Shown: positions 9,265 through 18,701 of the stretch, in pieces
Layout of the letters: the number at the start of each line of letters is the position of its first letter
How positions within the stretch are numbered: position 1 is the first letter of the stretch
NCBI GenBank assembly: GCA_002328405.1
Contig: DCXM01000006.1
Span: 595,407-659,406 of the forward strand
Origin: Proteobacteria bacterium UBA2136
GTDB taxonomy: Bacteria; Pseudomonadota; Alphaproteobacteria; UBA2136
Direction of reading: 5' to 3'
DNA: 64,000 nt
Notes under the pieces: generated by a model
What the model was told of the DNA's origin: nothing
The model's database searches: none
What the model saw: the letters and a program-made list of their open reading frames with translations, nothing else
Position numbers and translations under genes: made by a program

Positions 9265-9450
9265 TCAAAAAGCAAATGTATGTCTATCACGTTGTATCAT
9301 TGGTGTAAGTGGTGTTCGTTTCAAGCTGTCACCTTTAAAAAATGTAAACTTTTTTGTACATCAGCGGTTAAATGCGCTACACTTTAATGGTTCACCTTGC
9401 ATCAAGGTGGGGAGAGATGAAATTTTAAAAATAAAAAGAGATTTAAGCAT

Positions 9451-10626
9451 ATGAATCTTCATGAATATCAAGCAAAACAAGTGTTAGAAAAATTTGGTGT
9501 TGCAGTGCCACGCGGTATTGTTGCATCCACCCCTGCGGAAGCAGAAGCCGCAGCGAAAGATCTGGGCACAGCCATCACCGTGGTGAAAGCGCAAGTTCAC
9601 AGTGGTGCACGTGGTAAAGCCGGCGGTGTTATTTTGTGTAAATCCCCAGAAGAAGCAGCGGAAGCAGCTAAAAAGCTGATTGGCACACAATTGGTAACCC
9701 ACCAAACAGGCGCAGAAGGCTTGCCTGTGCACAAAGTTTATGTGGAAGAAGGTTCGGACATTGCACGCGAACTTTACCTTTCCATCACCCTAGACCGTGA
9801 AAAAAGCTGCAACTTCATTATGGCCTCCACAGAAGGTGGGATGGACATTGAAGCCGTTGCAGAAGAAACACCCGAAAAAATCTTCACTGAAAATGTGGAT
9901 CCATCGGTTGGCCTGTGGCCATACCAGTGCCGCAATGTGGCCTTTAAACTTGGCCTAAAAGGCAAGCAGGTAAACGATTTTGTAAAATTGTTGATGAACC
10001 TTTACAAGTGCTATGAAGATATTGACGCTGCCATGTTGGAAATTAACCCACTTGTGGTGACAGGTGATGACGAAATTAAAGTGTTGGATTGCAAAATCAA
10101 CATTGATTCAAACGCCCTTTACCGCCAAAAAGAAATTCACGAAATGGACGATGAAACCCAACAAGACGAACGTGAAGTGAAGGCCGCTAAATTTGACCTG
10201 AACTACATTGCCTTGGAAGGGGACATTGGCTGCATGGTAAACGGTGCAGGCCTTGCCATGGCAACCATGGATATCATCAAGCATTACGGTGGCCAGCCAG
10301 CCAACTTCCTTGACGTTGGTGGCGGTGCGACGGAAGAACGTGTGACAGAAGCCTTCAAAATTATCCTTTCCGACAGCAATGTTAAAGGCATTTTGGTGAA
10401 CATCTTCGGTGGTATTATGAAGTGCGATATCATTGCCAACGGTGTGGTAGCAGCGGCCAAACAAGTTGACCTTGCTGTGCCACTTGTGGTGCGCTTAGAA
10501 GGCACAAACGTGCAAGCTGGTAAAGAAATTTTGGCCAACTCTGGTTTGCCAATCATCACAGCGGATGACTTGGACGATGCGGCACAAAAAGTTGTGGCTA
10601 AAGTGGCAGAGTTGAAGGCTGCGTAA
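9451..10626 (+). CDS. sucC: Succinyl-CoA synthetase (ADP-forming) beta subunit
   Basis: [11 protein letters not shown]-terminus, ATP-grasp [18 protein letters not shown]-terminal [18 protein letters not shown] and [10 protein letters not shown]; 391 aa. Confidence 0.93.
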   Translation: MNLHEYQAKQVLEKFGVAVPRGIVASTPAEAEAAAKDLGTAITVVKAQVHSGARGKAGGVILCKSPEEAAEAAKKLIGTQLVTHQTGAEGLPVHKVYVEEGSDIARELYLSITLDREKSCNFIMASTEGGMDIEAVAEETPEKIFTENVDPSVGLWPYQCRNVAFKLGLKGKQVNDFVKLLMNLYKCYEDIDAAMLEINPLVVTGDDEIKVLDCKINIDSNALYRQKEIHEMDDETQQDEREVKAAKFDLNYIALEGDIGCMVNGAGLAMATMDIIKHYGGQPANFLDVGGGATEERVTEAFKIILSDSNVKGILVNIFGGIMKCDIIANGVVAAAKQVDLAVPLVVRLEGTNVQAGKEILANSGLPIITADDLDDAAQKVVAKVAELKAA

Positions 10627-10627
10627 T

Positions 10628-10960
10628 TTGAAATTAAAGCATTTTACAGGTTTTTTTGCGCTTGTTGTGTTGACTGGTTGCAGTGCTTTTTACCCCGAAA
10701 CTTGGTTTAAAGGGGAAGAAAACGCCCACAGCCCGTGGCATGGCTTTATTTATGTGATGGAGAGCCGCAATGTCGAAACCCGTCACTATTTAGGGCCATT
10801 TGTCACCTTGACGGGATGCATGCAGCATTTGCAAGTGCAAACAAAAATGAGTGGTTACGCTTACTACTGCGGTTTTAACTGCGGTCAGGACTTAAGCAAC
10901 CCCAGCAAGCCTCTAAAGTGTGAAAAAGTTATGGGCAGCCCGCTTGAGGCGCTCGAATAA
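10628..10960 (+). CDS. Small Cys-containing lipoprotein inserted between sucC and sucD (TTG start)
   Basis: 110-aa ORF starting 2 nt after the sucC stop; lipobox [10 protein letters not shown]; 5 Cys; ends 15 nt before sucD. Confidence 0.45.
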   Translation: MKLKHFTGFFALVVLTGCSAFYPETWFKGEENAHSPWHGFIYVMESRNVETRHYLGPFVTLTGCMQHLQVQTKMSGYAYYCGFNCGQDLSNPSKPLKCEKVMGSPLEALE

Positions 10961-10975
10961 AAAAGGAAATAAAAA

Positions 10976-11857
10976 ATGTCTATTTTTATTAACAAAGATA
11001 CAAAAGTGATTTGCCAAGGTTTTACTGGTAAAAACGGTACGTTCCACAGTGAACAGGCACTGGCTTACGGCACAAACATGGTTGGCGGTGTAACCCCTGG
11101 TAAAGGTGGTGAAGAACATTTAGGCCTCCCTGTGTTTGACACAGTGGCCGAAGCGGTGGAAAAAACAGGTGCCACAGCAACAGTTATTTATGTACCACCC
11201 CCATTTGCAGCGGACGCTATTTTAGAAGCGGCTGACGCTGGCATTTCATTGGCGATTTGCATCACAGAAGGGATTCCCGTGGCGGACATGATCCGTGTGA
11301 AAGAACGTTTGCAAAAGGCGGACTGTCGCATGCGTTTGGTGGGCCCTAACTGCCCAGGCGTCATTACGCCAGATGAGTGCAAAATTGGTATTATGCCAGG
11401 CCACATCCACAAAAAAGGCAGCATCGGTATTGTTTCCCGCTCTGGTACTTTGACATACGAAGCTGTTGGCCAAACAACAGCAGAAGGTTTGGGTCAAAGC
11501 ACTTGTGTCGGCATTGGTGGGGACCCTGTAAATGGGACCAACTTCATTCAAGTGCTCAGCGCTTTTGAAAATGACCCTGAAACCGACGCCATCATCATGA
11601 TTGGTGAAATTGGCGGTACCGCAGAAGAGGAAGCTGCTGAGTTTATTTCAACCAGCGTAACCAAGCCTGTGGTGGCCTTTATTGCGGGTACAACAGCGCC
11701 AAAAGGCAAACGCATGGGCCATGCAGGTGCCATTGTAAGCGGTGGCCAAGGCACAGCGGAAAGTAAAATTGAAGCATTGACCAAGGCGGGCGTGACCATG
11801 GCGCCAACACCGGGCGAATTGGGCAAAACAATGAAAGCCGTTTTAGAAGGCAAGTAA
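10976..11857 (+). CDS. sucD: Succinyl-CoA synthetase alpha subunit
   Basis: CoA-binding [15 protein letters not shown], phosphohistidine region [23 protein letters not shown]; 293 aa. Confidence 0.93.
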   Translation: MSIFINKDTKVICQGFTGKNGTFHSEQALAYGTNMVGGVTPGKGGEEHLGLPVFDTVAEAVEKTGATATVIYVPPPFAADAILEAADAGISLAICITEGIPVADMIRVKERLQKADCRMRLVGPNCPGVITPDECKIGIMPGHIHKKGSIGIVSRSGTLTYEAVGQTTAEGLGQSTCVGIGGDPVNGTNFIQVLSAFENDPETDAIIMIGEIGGTAEEEAAEFISTSVTKPVVAFIAGTTAPKGKRMGHAGAIVSGGQGTAESKIEALTKAGVTMAPTPGELGKTMKAVLEGK

Positions 11858-11871
11858 TGCACAAGCTATAA

Positions 11872-11903
11872 AAAAACCCGCCAGACTGGCGGGTTTTTTG
11901 TCT
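11872..11903 (+). terminator. Rho-independent terminator after sucD
   Basis: aaaaaaACCCGCCagactGGCGGGTtttttg. Confidence 0.65.
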
Positions 11904-11931
11904 TTAAGGTGCTTGTTCGGTTGTTTGACCG

Positions 11932-13047
11932 TTATCGGGACATATCGTCACCAAGGTCAATTTGGTCATCTAGGTTGTTGGCGTTGAATATTAAGCTATT
12001 ATCATCAGGGCTTTGGCTCATTTTAATTTTGTTTGGATCAATGCCAAACTTTTCAGCAACCAAGTGAATTTTACGGGCAAAATCCACAGGGTCATCAAAG
12101 GTGTGTTCTGCACTAAGAGGTTTTTGTTCCGTCATATCTTTGCCGTAATTTTTTTGATAACGTTCAACCTTGGACAATGCATCTATCTTGCCCTTTGCAA
12201 GTTCTTTTTGGTAAACGTATTCCGTATCACTTAGGTCTTGCGCATCTAGCTTTTCTGTGACTTGTTGTAAATATTCTTGCTTTAAAGTGTCTATACGCTC
12301 TTGCAGGTCGGCCAGCTCTTCGCCTTCTAAATGGGAAATATCCCCTAAGTGAGATTCTAGGAACGATTGTGCATCAGCGACGGCTTGATTTGCAGATTGC
12401 TCTGAAAATTCAGAATGCGCATGATATATTTTGGAAAAATCTTCGCCTAAACTGTCGTACATTGGTTGCTGCTGAACAGTTTTGGGTAGACCGTCTAAAT
12501 GTTGGGCGTATTCCTCCGTCATCACCAGCTCTGCCATCTCTTGTAAGTGCTGAACTTGCCAGAGACCTAATATTTTGTCCTCTCTAAAATATTTAGAGCA
12601 ATAGTTATTTTCACCCACCAGTTCAGGGTCAATCCCGCCGGTCATTTCCATGCTTTTTTCACAGGCGCGGTAATCTTTTGCCATTTGGTGTACCACAGCT
12701 TTTCTGTCTTCGAGTGACAGCTCTCTTACATCATCTTTGTTCATGTTGTGGATGATGTTTTGCTTCAGCTCTCGGGCCAGTTCTTCAAACAAGTCTTTTT
12801 GGGTGGGGCTTGTGTTAATTTCAGGATTGTCTTTGTCTAAATTGAAGTTTGCACCAACTTCTGCGCCTTGTTGTGCCGGGCTTGATGTGTCTATATCCAC
12901 AGTTTGACTTGTGGTATCTGGCGCGTCAATGCTTTGGGTGTTTTCGAGTTCATTTTGCTTCATGGAGGAAAGCCCCACAACGGCCGTTGCGCTGACTGCA
13001 ATCCCCGTTGCCCATTTTTTAAATTTGTTCATATCGCTTTCACCCAC
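11932..13047 (-). CDS. Secreted acidic hypothetical protein (signal peptide, D/E/Q-rich)
   Basis: 371 aa. N-terminal signal MNKFKKWATGIAVSATAVVGLSSM. Strongly acidic with low hydrophobicity. No catalytic motif recognised. Confidence 0.5.
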   Translation of the reverse strand: MGESDMNKFKKWATGIAVSATAVVGLSSMKQNELENTQSIDAPDTTSQTVDIDTSSPAQQGAEVGANFNLDKDNPEINTSPTQKDLFEELARELKQNIIHNMNKDDVRELSLEDRKAVVHQMAKDYRACEKSMEMTGGIDPELVGENNYCSKYFREDKILGLWQVQHLQEMAELVMTEEYAQHLDGLPKTVQQQPMYDSLGEDFSKIYHAHSEFSEQSANQAVADAQSFLESHLGDISHLEGEELADLQERIDTLKQEYLQQVTEKLDAQDLSDTEYVYQKELAKGKIDALSKVERYQKNYGKDMTEQKPLSAEHTFDDPVDFARKIHLVAEKFGIDPNKIKMSQSPDDNSLIFNANNLDDQIDLGDDMSR

Positions 13048-13052
13048 TTAAA

Positions 13053-13931
13053 TTATCTGTTTGGGCCACCAAAAGGTGACCTGAATTTGTTTTCACTGCG
13101 CATTTGACTGTCCACACGGTCCATCTCCACCTCGGCTTCAAAGACAGGCTCATAACTTTGAATGAAGCCGTCAATCACCTTATCACGGACGTTTTGCTCC
13201 AAGGAGGCATAGACGGCTAAGCCGCCCACATCTTCAACCGTAATGTTGTTCACAATCACAGTGCCCGAAATGTCTTCACCGTTTAAGGACTGTTCGAATA
13301 AGTTTTGAAACTGTGCATTTTCGCCTTGCAAGGAGGAGGGGACATGCTCACTGTGTTTGTACTGGTAATGTTCATCATCACCGTAAAGGTTTTGCAGCTC
13401 GGCTTTGCGGTCTTGCAACATGTTGAGTTTATCTTGCCCTTCAAGGTCGGGGTTTTTCATTTCAGTTCTAAGTAAGGTTATCATGCGGTTGTCGTGCTGT
13501 TCTTGGATGGCTTCATAAGCGGTGACAATGTGGCCTGCTTGGGTTTCGTTTATGTTGCTTGGTTCATAATTTAACAAGCTTTCAATTTCATTGTCTTGAA
13601 GGCCATGCTCAGCCACAAATGCTTGGTAAACTTCTGCTTTGGATTGAGCGCTGTTTAAAAGCTCAGTTTCTATGTTTTGACTGGCGGCGTAGCTTTGTAT
13701 GTCCACAGCTTGAAAATGAGGGGTTTCCGCCCCAAACGATTTGCCGGATGAGAGTCCGGCTGCAAATGTGACACCTAACATGCCGGTTCGGCTGTGTTTA
13801 AAGCCATCTGCAATTTTTGTTAACAATCCTTTTTTGGACACGTCTAACCCTCTTGAATTTTTGCTGTAATCCTTTATGATGTTGTTTGATAATAAAAACT
13901 GACAAAGCGCGCCCACGCTTGTTTGCCCCAT
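13053..13931 (-). CDS. Acidic hypothetical protein (no signal peptide), co-operonic with 11932..13047
   Basis: 292-aa ORF ending 5 nt before the next gene's start; Q/E/N-rich. Confidence 0.45.
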   Translation of the reverse strand: MGQTSVGALCQFLLSNNIIKDYSKNSRGLDVSKKGLLTKIADGFKHSRTGMLGVTFAAGLSSGKSFGAETPHFQAVDIQSYAASQNIETELLNSAQSKAEVYQAFVAEHGLQDNEIESLLNYEPSNINETQAGHIVTAYEAIQEQHDNRMITLLRTEMKNPDLEGQDKLNMLQDRKAELQNLYGDDEHYQYKHSEHVPSSLQGENAQFQNLFEQSLNGEDISGTVIVNNITVEDVGGLAVYASLEQNVRDKVIDGFIQSYEPVFEAEVEMDRVDSQMRSENKFRSPFGGPNR

Positions 13932-13944
13932 AGAAAGTGTTATT

Positions 13945-14976
13945 TTGAAATTTAAATTTTTGTTGTTGGTTTGCGCCTGTGTGATGCATGCTCATGCTGT
14001 TTTTGCGAATGAGAACGAACCCACCTTTGAGGAAAAGATTCCGCAAGAACTGAAAGAGAAGCGTGAACGTTTCTTCACAGCGATTTTTGAAAATGACCTG
14101 TTTGCAGGGCAGGACGCCAATTACACCAATGGTGTTTTGTTCACCTATTATGACACGGACTTTGATGTGCCGCACTCGGTGCGAGAATTTGTGGATTTTT
14201 CAAAATTTTTCCACATTGACGAGCTGACATCTGTGGCTTATTCGCTTGGCCATAATCTTTACACGCCAAAAGATATCACCCTTAAAACGCCTGACCCGAA
14301 GGACAGACCATACGCCGCATTTTTATACGGCACCATTGGCCTTTCCACCATTTCGGGTGATCATATCAACAACTTGGACTTGACACTTGGATTGGTTGGT
14401 CCGTCCGCTTTGGGAGAGCCAATTCAAGAAGAGGTGCACAGCTTTGTGGACACCCGTGACCCTGCGGGTTGGGACCATCAGCTTAAAGATGAGCCGGCTT
14501 TGATGTTGTCCTACCAGCGTCGCTGGCCAGAAAAATATGCCGGTAACATTGGGCCGTTTTACTTTAGAACAGCGCCTTATTGGGGGGCCACTTTGGGCAA
14601 TGTTTACACATACGGTGCCTTGGGTTCCACCTTCCAGCTGACCCCTCAAAAGTACAAATGGCAGGCCATGCCCCTTCGGGTGAAGCCGTCTATTCCAGGG
14701 ACGGGCTACTTTAACGTGCCAGATCATGCCTTTGCATGGTCCGCTTTTGCAGGGTTTGAAGGCCGTGCTGTGGCACGCAATTTGTTTTTAGACGGTAATT
14801 CTTACCAAGATAGCCCATCGGTGAGTAAAAAAACCTACGTCGGCGATGCCAATGTGGGCTTAAGCCTGATTTTTGGACGTGTGCGCACATCATTCACCAT
14901 CAACTGGCGTAGCCGAGAGTTTGATGGCGGCGCCTCCGCCACCTTCGGCGCACTTTCGGTAGGTTATCGTTTGTAG
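13945..14976 (+). CDS. Outer-membrane protein, possibly lipid A deacylase LpxR/DUF2219-like
   Basis: Signal peptide MKFKFLLLVCACVMHAHA; motif ENDLFAGQDANYTNGV recalled as typical of LpxR-family N-termini; beta-rich with alternating hydrophobics. Family assignment from memory only. Confidence 0.4.
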   Translation: MKFKFLLLVCACVMHAHAVFANENEPTFEEKIPQELKEKRERFFTAIFENDLFAGQDANYTNGVLFTYYDTDFDVPHSVREFVDFSKFFHIDELTSVAYSLGHNLYTPKDITLKTPDPKDRPYAAFLYGTIGLSTISGDHINNLDLTLGLVGPSALGEPIQEEVHSFVDTRDPAGWDHQLKDEPALMLSYQRRWPEKYAGNIGPFYFRTAPYWGATLGNVYTYGALGSTFQLTPQKYKWQAMPLRVKPSIPGTGYFNVPDHAFAWSAFAGFEGRAVARNLFLDGNSYQDSPSVSKKTYVGDANVGLSLIFGRVRTSFTINWRSREFDGGASATFGALSVGYRL

Positions 14977-14992
14977 GGGGGTATTGTGAGTT

Positions 14993-15607
14993 TTATGCTC
15001 CACGCTCAAGGGAATTAACTCGAAGGTATTTACCAAACTTGTCAGGTATGCCACATTCTTTTAAAAGTTCCCATAAATCTTGAACTTTATCAGATGCTGT
15101 TTTTAACTTTTCGCTTCGGTCAGTTTTATCCATGTTAATGGCGTTACCTTCATGATCGTACGCATATGTATATGCAATCCAAGACTGTTCAGCAATTTTA
15201 ACAACAGATTCAACAAATCCATGAAGCTCCTCAGGTAGCTCTATTTTTGAAGACTGATTAACTTCCCAAAATTGAAACATGGATTCATTTTTTACGACCC
15301 CAGATGCGATTGCTGTTTCAATTGCTTTTAATAATTTTACGTAATTATCTTTAACAATCTGCCTTTCATGAGCTTCAAGCTTTTGTTTTGAACTCTCTTG
15401 AGTGGCTTTTGCAATGTTGTTTGCTTTAAAAGCTACCCAAAATAAGGCTAGTCCAATAATTAAATTAACTAATACATCTAATAAAGTTATTAGATTGGAA
15501 TGGTCTTTAGAGCATGTATTTATAGTGCGATCAAAATAAAACATGCCAATGATTATAATGAGACATGCAGCTGTAACTACCAGCGAAGTTTTGTAAATTG
15601 ACAGCAT
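14993..15607 (-). CDS. Hypothetical membrane protein (2 N-terminal TM helices), A+T-rich
   Basis: 204 aa; TM segments LVVTAACLIIIIGMFYF and LVNLIIGLALFWVAF then soluble helical domain. Confidence 0.45.
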   Translation of the reverse strand: MLSIYKTSLVVTAACLIIIIGMFYFDRTINTCSKDHSNLITLLDVLVNLIIGLALFWVAFKANNIAKATQESSKQKLEAHERQIVKDNYVKLLKAIETAIASGVVKNESMFQFWEVNQSSKIELPEELHGFVESVVKIAEQSWIAYTYAYDHEGNAINMDKTDRSEKLKTASDKVQDLWELLKECGIPDKFGKYLRVNSLERGA

Positions 15608-15934
15608 ACGCGCTCTCCTCTTTTATTTGCGGAAATATAATTTAAATTCTACCCTCAAAATATAAGGGTGGTGCTGTCTATTAAAATCTCACAAAGTGTC
15701 GATAAATAAAAAACATTGAAAACAAAAGAAAAAAGACGCCAACTTGAATTTAGTTAGACGGTGGTAGGAGTGGTATTAAACTTATAAACTGTTGATAATA
15801 AATATATTTAAAACTTCACCAAAAGAGATATACCCGCAAAAGTTACCGCAAAAGTACTGGATGTAGATGGACGGCCTAGGACTAAAAATAGAATATAATG
15901 AGAATACCACTCTCATTAATCTAGCTCAATAATA

Positions 15935-17188
15935 TTATTTCACCACCAACAGCTGTGCCCAATCACTCGTATAAGCAGGGCTTTGGTGTTTACATAGATT
16001 GCGCCATTTACCGTTGGGGTTAGATGTACCGAAGCGGAGCGTGTGCTTGCCCATGGTGCTATTCAGCTTATCCATAGCCGTCATTAAGCTTTCGCTGCGC
16101 TTATTATCAACAACGCTGAACAAGTCCGCCTGATGCGCGCTTTTATGCTGAATGTCATGCAAGCAAATACCCGCCTTTTTGAAGCCAACGCCTTGTTTGA
16201 ATATCTCATCTACGCCTTTCATCGCCTGCTTAGTCAGAACGCCTGTATCGCTTGTGGCGTTATCTAAAGTGATGAGCGTTGAATTGGCGTAATACTTACC
16301 TTTAAAGGGGCTAGAGCTTGCGTAAACGGTTATTGCACGTGCCTCAGTGCCTTCACTTCGCAACTTCTCCGCACCAGTAGCCACGAAGGTAGAAACAGCT
16401 TCTTTCAGCGTTTTTAAATCCTTCACAGGTTCACCAAAGGAACGGGAACTGATAATCTGCTTGCGGTGATCGGGTTCTTCACCAAAGGCATAACAAGGTG
16501 TGCCTTGTAGCTCTAAAACCGTTTTTTGTGTCACCACACTAGTGAGTTCACGAATATGTGCTGGGTCACATTCAGATAACTTCCACGCTGTGTTTAAACC
16601 CATATACGTAAACCGCTCAGACAACTTCCTACCTACACCCCAAACATCACCCACATCCATGCGCTGAAGCACAGAACGACGCGCCTGCAAGCTGTTCATC
16701 AAATAAACACCTTCCGCCTCTTCATACTTTTTCGCCACAGATGCCGCCGCTTTAGCCAGCGTTTTGGTTGGTGCAATGCCGATAGACACGGGAATACCCG
16801 TCCACTTCTTCACACGTTTACGGATACGTTGGCACAAAGGCTTTAGCTCATGCTCAGGGATACCTGAAAGGTCGAGGAAGGCTTCATCTACGGAGTAAAC
16901 TTCTATCGCAGGTGACATCTCACGTAGAACGGACATCACACGTTGGCTCATATCCCCATAAAAGGACAAGTTACCGCTGATGCATTCCACCCGGTGCTTT
17001 TTAACGATATCTTGAATTTTAAAGACAGGTGCACCCATTTTAATACCAAGCGCTTTTGCTTCATTCGAACGTGCTACAGCACAGCCATCATTAGAAGACA
17101 GCACAATCACAGGGCGGTTATTCAAACTTGGCCTAAACACCCGCTCACAAGATACAAAGAAGTTGTTACAGTCTACGAGGGCGTACAT
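15935..17188 (-). CDS. umuC: Translesion DNA polymerase V catalytic subunit UmuC (Y-family)
   Basis: N-terminus MYALVDCNNFFVSCERVFRP...VIVLSSNDGCAVARSNEAKALGIKMG nearly colinear with E. coli UmuC; SVDEAFLDL motif; 417 aa. Confidence 0.88.
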   Translation of the reverse strand: MYALVDCNNFFVSCERVFRPSLNNRPVIVLSSNDGCAVARSNEAKALGIKMGAPVFKIQDIVKKHRVECISGNLSFYGDMSQRVMSVLREMSPAIEVYSVDEAFLDLSGIPEHELKPLCQRIRKRVKKWTGIPVSIGIAPTKTLAKAAASVAKKYEEAEGVYLMNSLQARRSVLQRMDVGDVWGVGRKLSERFTYMGLNTAWKLSECDPAHIRELTSVVTQKTVLELQGTPCYAFGEEPDHRKQIISSRSFGEPVKDLKTLKEAVSTFVATGAEKLRSEGTEARAITVYASSSPFKGKYYANSTLITLDNATSDTGVLTKQAMKGVDEIFKQGVGFKKAGICLHDIQHKSAHQADLFSVVDNKRSESLMTAMDKLNSTMGKHTLRFGTSNPNGKWRNLCKHQSPAYTSDWAQLLVVK

Positions 17189-18117
17189 TACTTGTTCGTT
17201 ATATGAGTGTAAACAGCTTTAAGACACCTACCAAAATCGTTTAAAAGCCCTCCACCTTCACCTGTTAAGTCTAATAATGTAGGTGCTTTTATTAATTCGG
17301 ATTGAATTAAAGCTGATATCGCTAATATAACGGTTAACCAGAGCATTCCACCCGCAACCCGTTTTGAGTCTTTATGACGTACAATTCCACGATTATATTC
17401 ATCAAGAGTCTTAATAGCACTCCTCCCTATTTTATAATAGATGGAGTCACCCTTATCTAAATCACCTTCTGCAACAAGTGAGTCTAAGCACAATTTCAAC
17501 ATACTTTGAAACTCTTCAGCATCTTTTCTATATCTAAAGGATCTACCGTAGATGCTTATTGCTATATCATAAATACTGAATTGAAAACTATCACGGAAAG
17601 AAAACGTATTTTTCCCATCGTGCTTAACTTTTAAGTTCACAGCATGCTCTAGTACTTTCATCCTAGCATCGGTTTTATCCATTTTAGAAAAGTAAGATGC
17701 AAAGCGAGTTATGTTACTTTTGTGCCTGTAATAGGCCCAGACTTTAAAGGTATCCCATTTAGTCCAACCCTCAAAAACCCATTGCCAATAACTGTTATAT
17801 TTTAAATCGTACTGACCGTAAAAATGGGTGATTTCCATCGAGGATATTCCCTTTATAGAAACCTCTTTTGGGGTGTCATATACTGTACCTGCCTCTGCAC
17901 GTACTCGAACGGATAGCTTCTTTGTGTTTTTATTGTAAGACTCAAATAAGGCATCCTCATTCACATCTAGCTCTTTGTGGCCTATAAACAGTATATGGCA
18001 ATTTACAGCTTTAGCTACTTCGCCAGAACGAGGGATGTTTGATTCGGAAGGTCTTTGTCTTTCTAGAAATTCAAGGTTTCTCTCTAAAAACTTTTCATTC
18101 AATTTTTTTAAACACAT
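17188..18117 (-). CDS. Hypothetical 309-aa protein with C-terminal TM helix, embedded between umuD and umuC
   Basis: Stop overlaps the umuC start (ATGA) and it starts 5 nt after the umuD stop. Aromatic-rich core YGQYDLKYNSYWQWVFEGWTKWDTFKVWAYY; C-terminal hydrophobic helix MLWLTVILAISALI. Confidence 0.55.
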   Translation of the reverse strand: MCLKKLNEKFLERNLEFLERQRPSESNIPRSGEVAKAVNCHILFIGHKELDVNEDALFESYNKNTKKLSVRVRAEAGTVYDTPKEVSIKGISSMEITHFYGQYDLKYNSYWQWVFEGWTKWDTFKVWAYYRHKSNITRFASYFSKMDKTDARMKVLEHAVNLKVKHDGKNTFSFRDSFQFSIYDIAISIYGRSFRYRKDAEEFQSMLKLCLDSLVAEGDLDKGDSIYYKIGRSAIKTLDEYNRGIVRHKDSKRVAGGMLWLTVILAISALIQSELIKAPTLLDLTGEGGGLLNDFGRCLKAVYTHITNK

Positions 18118-18122
18118 ATCTC

Positions 18123-18644
18123 TTAAACCCCCTTAATTATATTCGTAACAACACCCCAAGTGTCGAGCTCTTCACCGTCGCTTAGGACGATATCTTCAAA
18201 GTCGTCATTTTCAGCTATCAGCGTTACTTTATCACCGAAGCGTTGGTATCGTTTCACTGTCAAATCACCATTCACCACAGCGATGATGATTTTACCGTTT
18301 TTTACATCTAAGCTTCTATCCACCACCAGCAAATCACCTTCGTCTATCCCAGCGTTCAGCATAGACTTACCCGCCGCACGCACAAAGAAAGTGGCTGATG
18401 GCGTTTTGATAAGATGCTCGTTAAGGTCTAGTTTTCTATCCACATGGTCAGTCACACCAAAAGGAGTACCCGCTGAAACCGTCCCTTCATAAAGAGGGAT
18501 ACTGTACTGCGCACCAGATGTTAGGAAAGCCTTTACATCTTCCGCCTTATCTTCAGGCACACGCATAACCTTGGTAGCCTTACCGTAAGCGCCTGTTCCC
18601 TTTGGGCGACCTGCACCCTGCCTTTTTCCACCATGATTTTTCAT
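18123..18644 (-). CDS. umuD: UmuD-like S24 peptidase (LexA-type autocleaving) with lysine/glycine-rich N-terminal extension
   Basis: S24 motifs AG cleavage site (VSAG/TPF), GKSM (Ser nucleophile), VKRY (Lys). ATG start at 18644 (MKNHGG) preferred; ORF could extend to a TTG at 18680. Confidence 0.75.
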   Translation of the reverse strand: MKNHGGKRQGAGRPKGTGAYGKATKVMRVPEDKAEDVKAFLTSGAQYSIPLYEGTVSAGTPFGVTDHVDRKLDLNEHLIKTPSATFFVRAAGKSMLNAGIDEGDLLVVDRSLDVKNGKIIIAVVNGDLTVKRYQRFGDKVTLIAENDDFEDIVLSDGEELDTWGVVTNIIKGV

Positions 18645-18701
18645 AACTTGATTATTGTTACAAATAATAAGGGTTGTCAAGACCTGGTATGACGGTATTT
18701 C

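Noticed and set aside
9393-9409. Perfect 7-bp hairpin caccttg-cat-caaggtg just upstream of the sucC ribosome-binding site
   Set aside because: Short, with no T-run or obvious regulatory context; could be chance. Noted but not reported as a feature.
8888-9454. 188-aa plus-strand ORF overlapping the minus-strand gene 8809..9264 and running up to the sucC start
   Set aside because: Translation is low-complexity (Cys/Trp/Phe-rich) and it would cover the sucC promoter/leader. The minus-strand ORF has protein-like composition and its own terminator.
18645-18701. Possible LexA (SOS) box upstream of umuD
   Set aside because: Neither the gammaproteobacterial CTGT-N8-ACAG nor the alphaproteobacterial GTTC-N7-GTTC consensus is present in the spacer. 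No call made.
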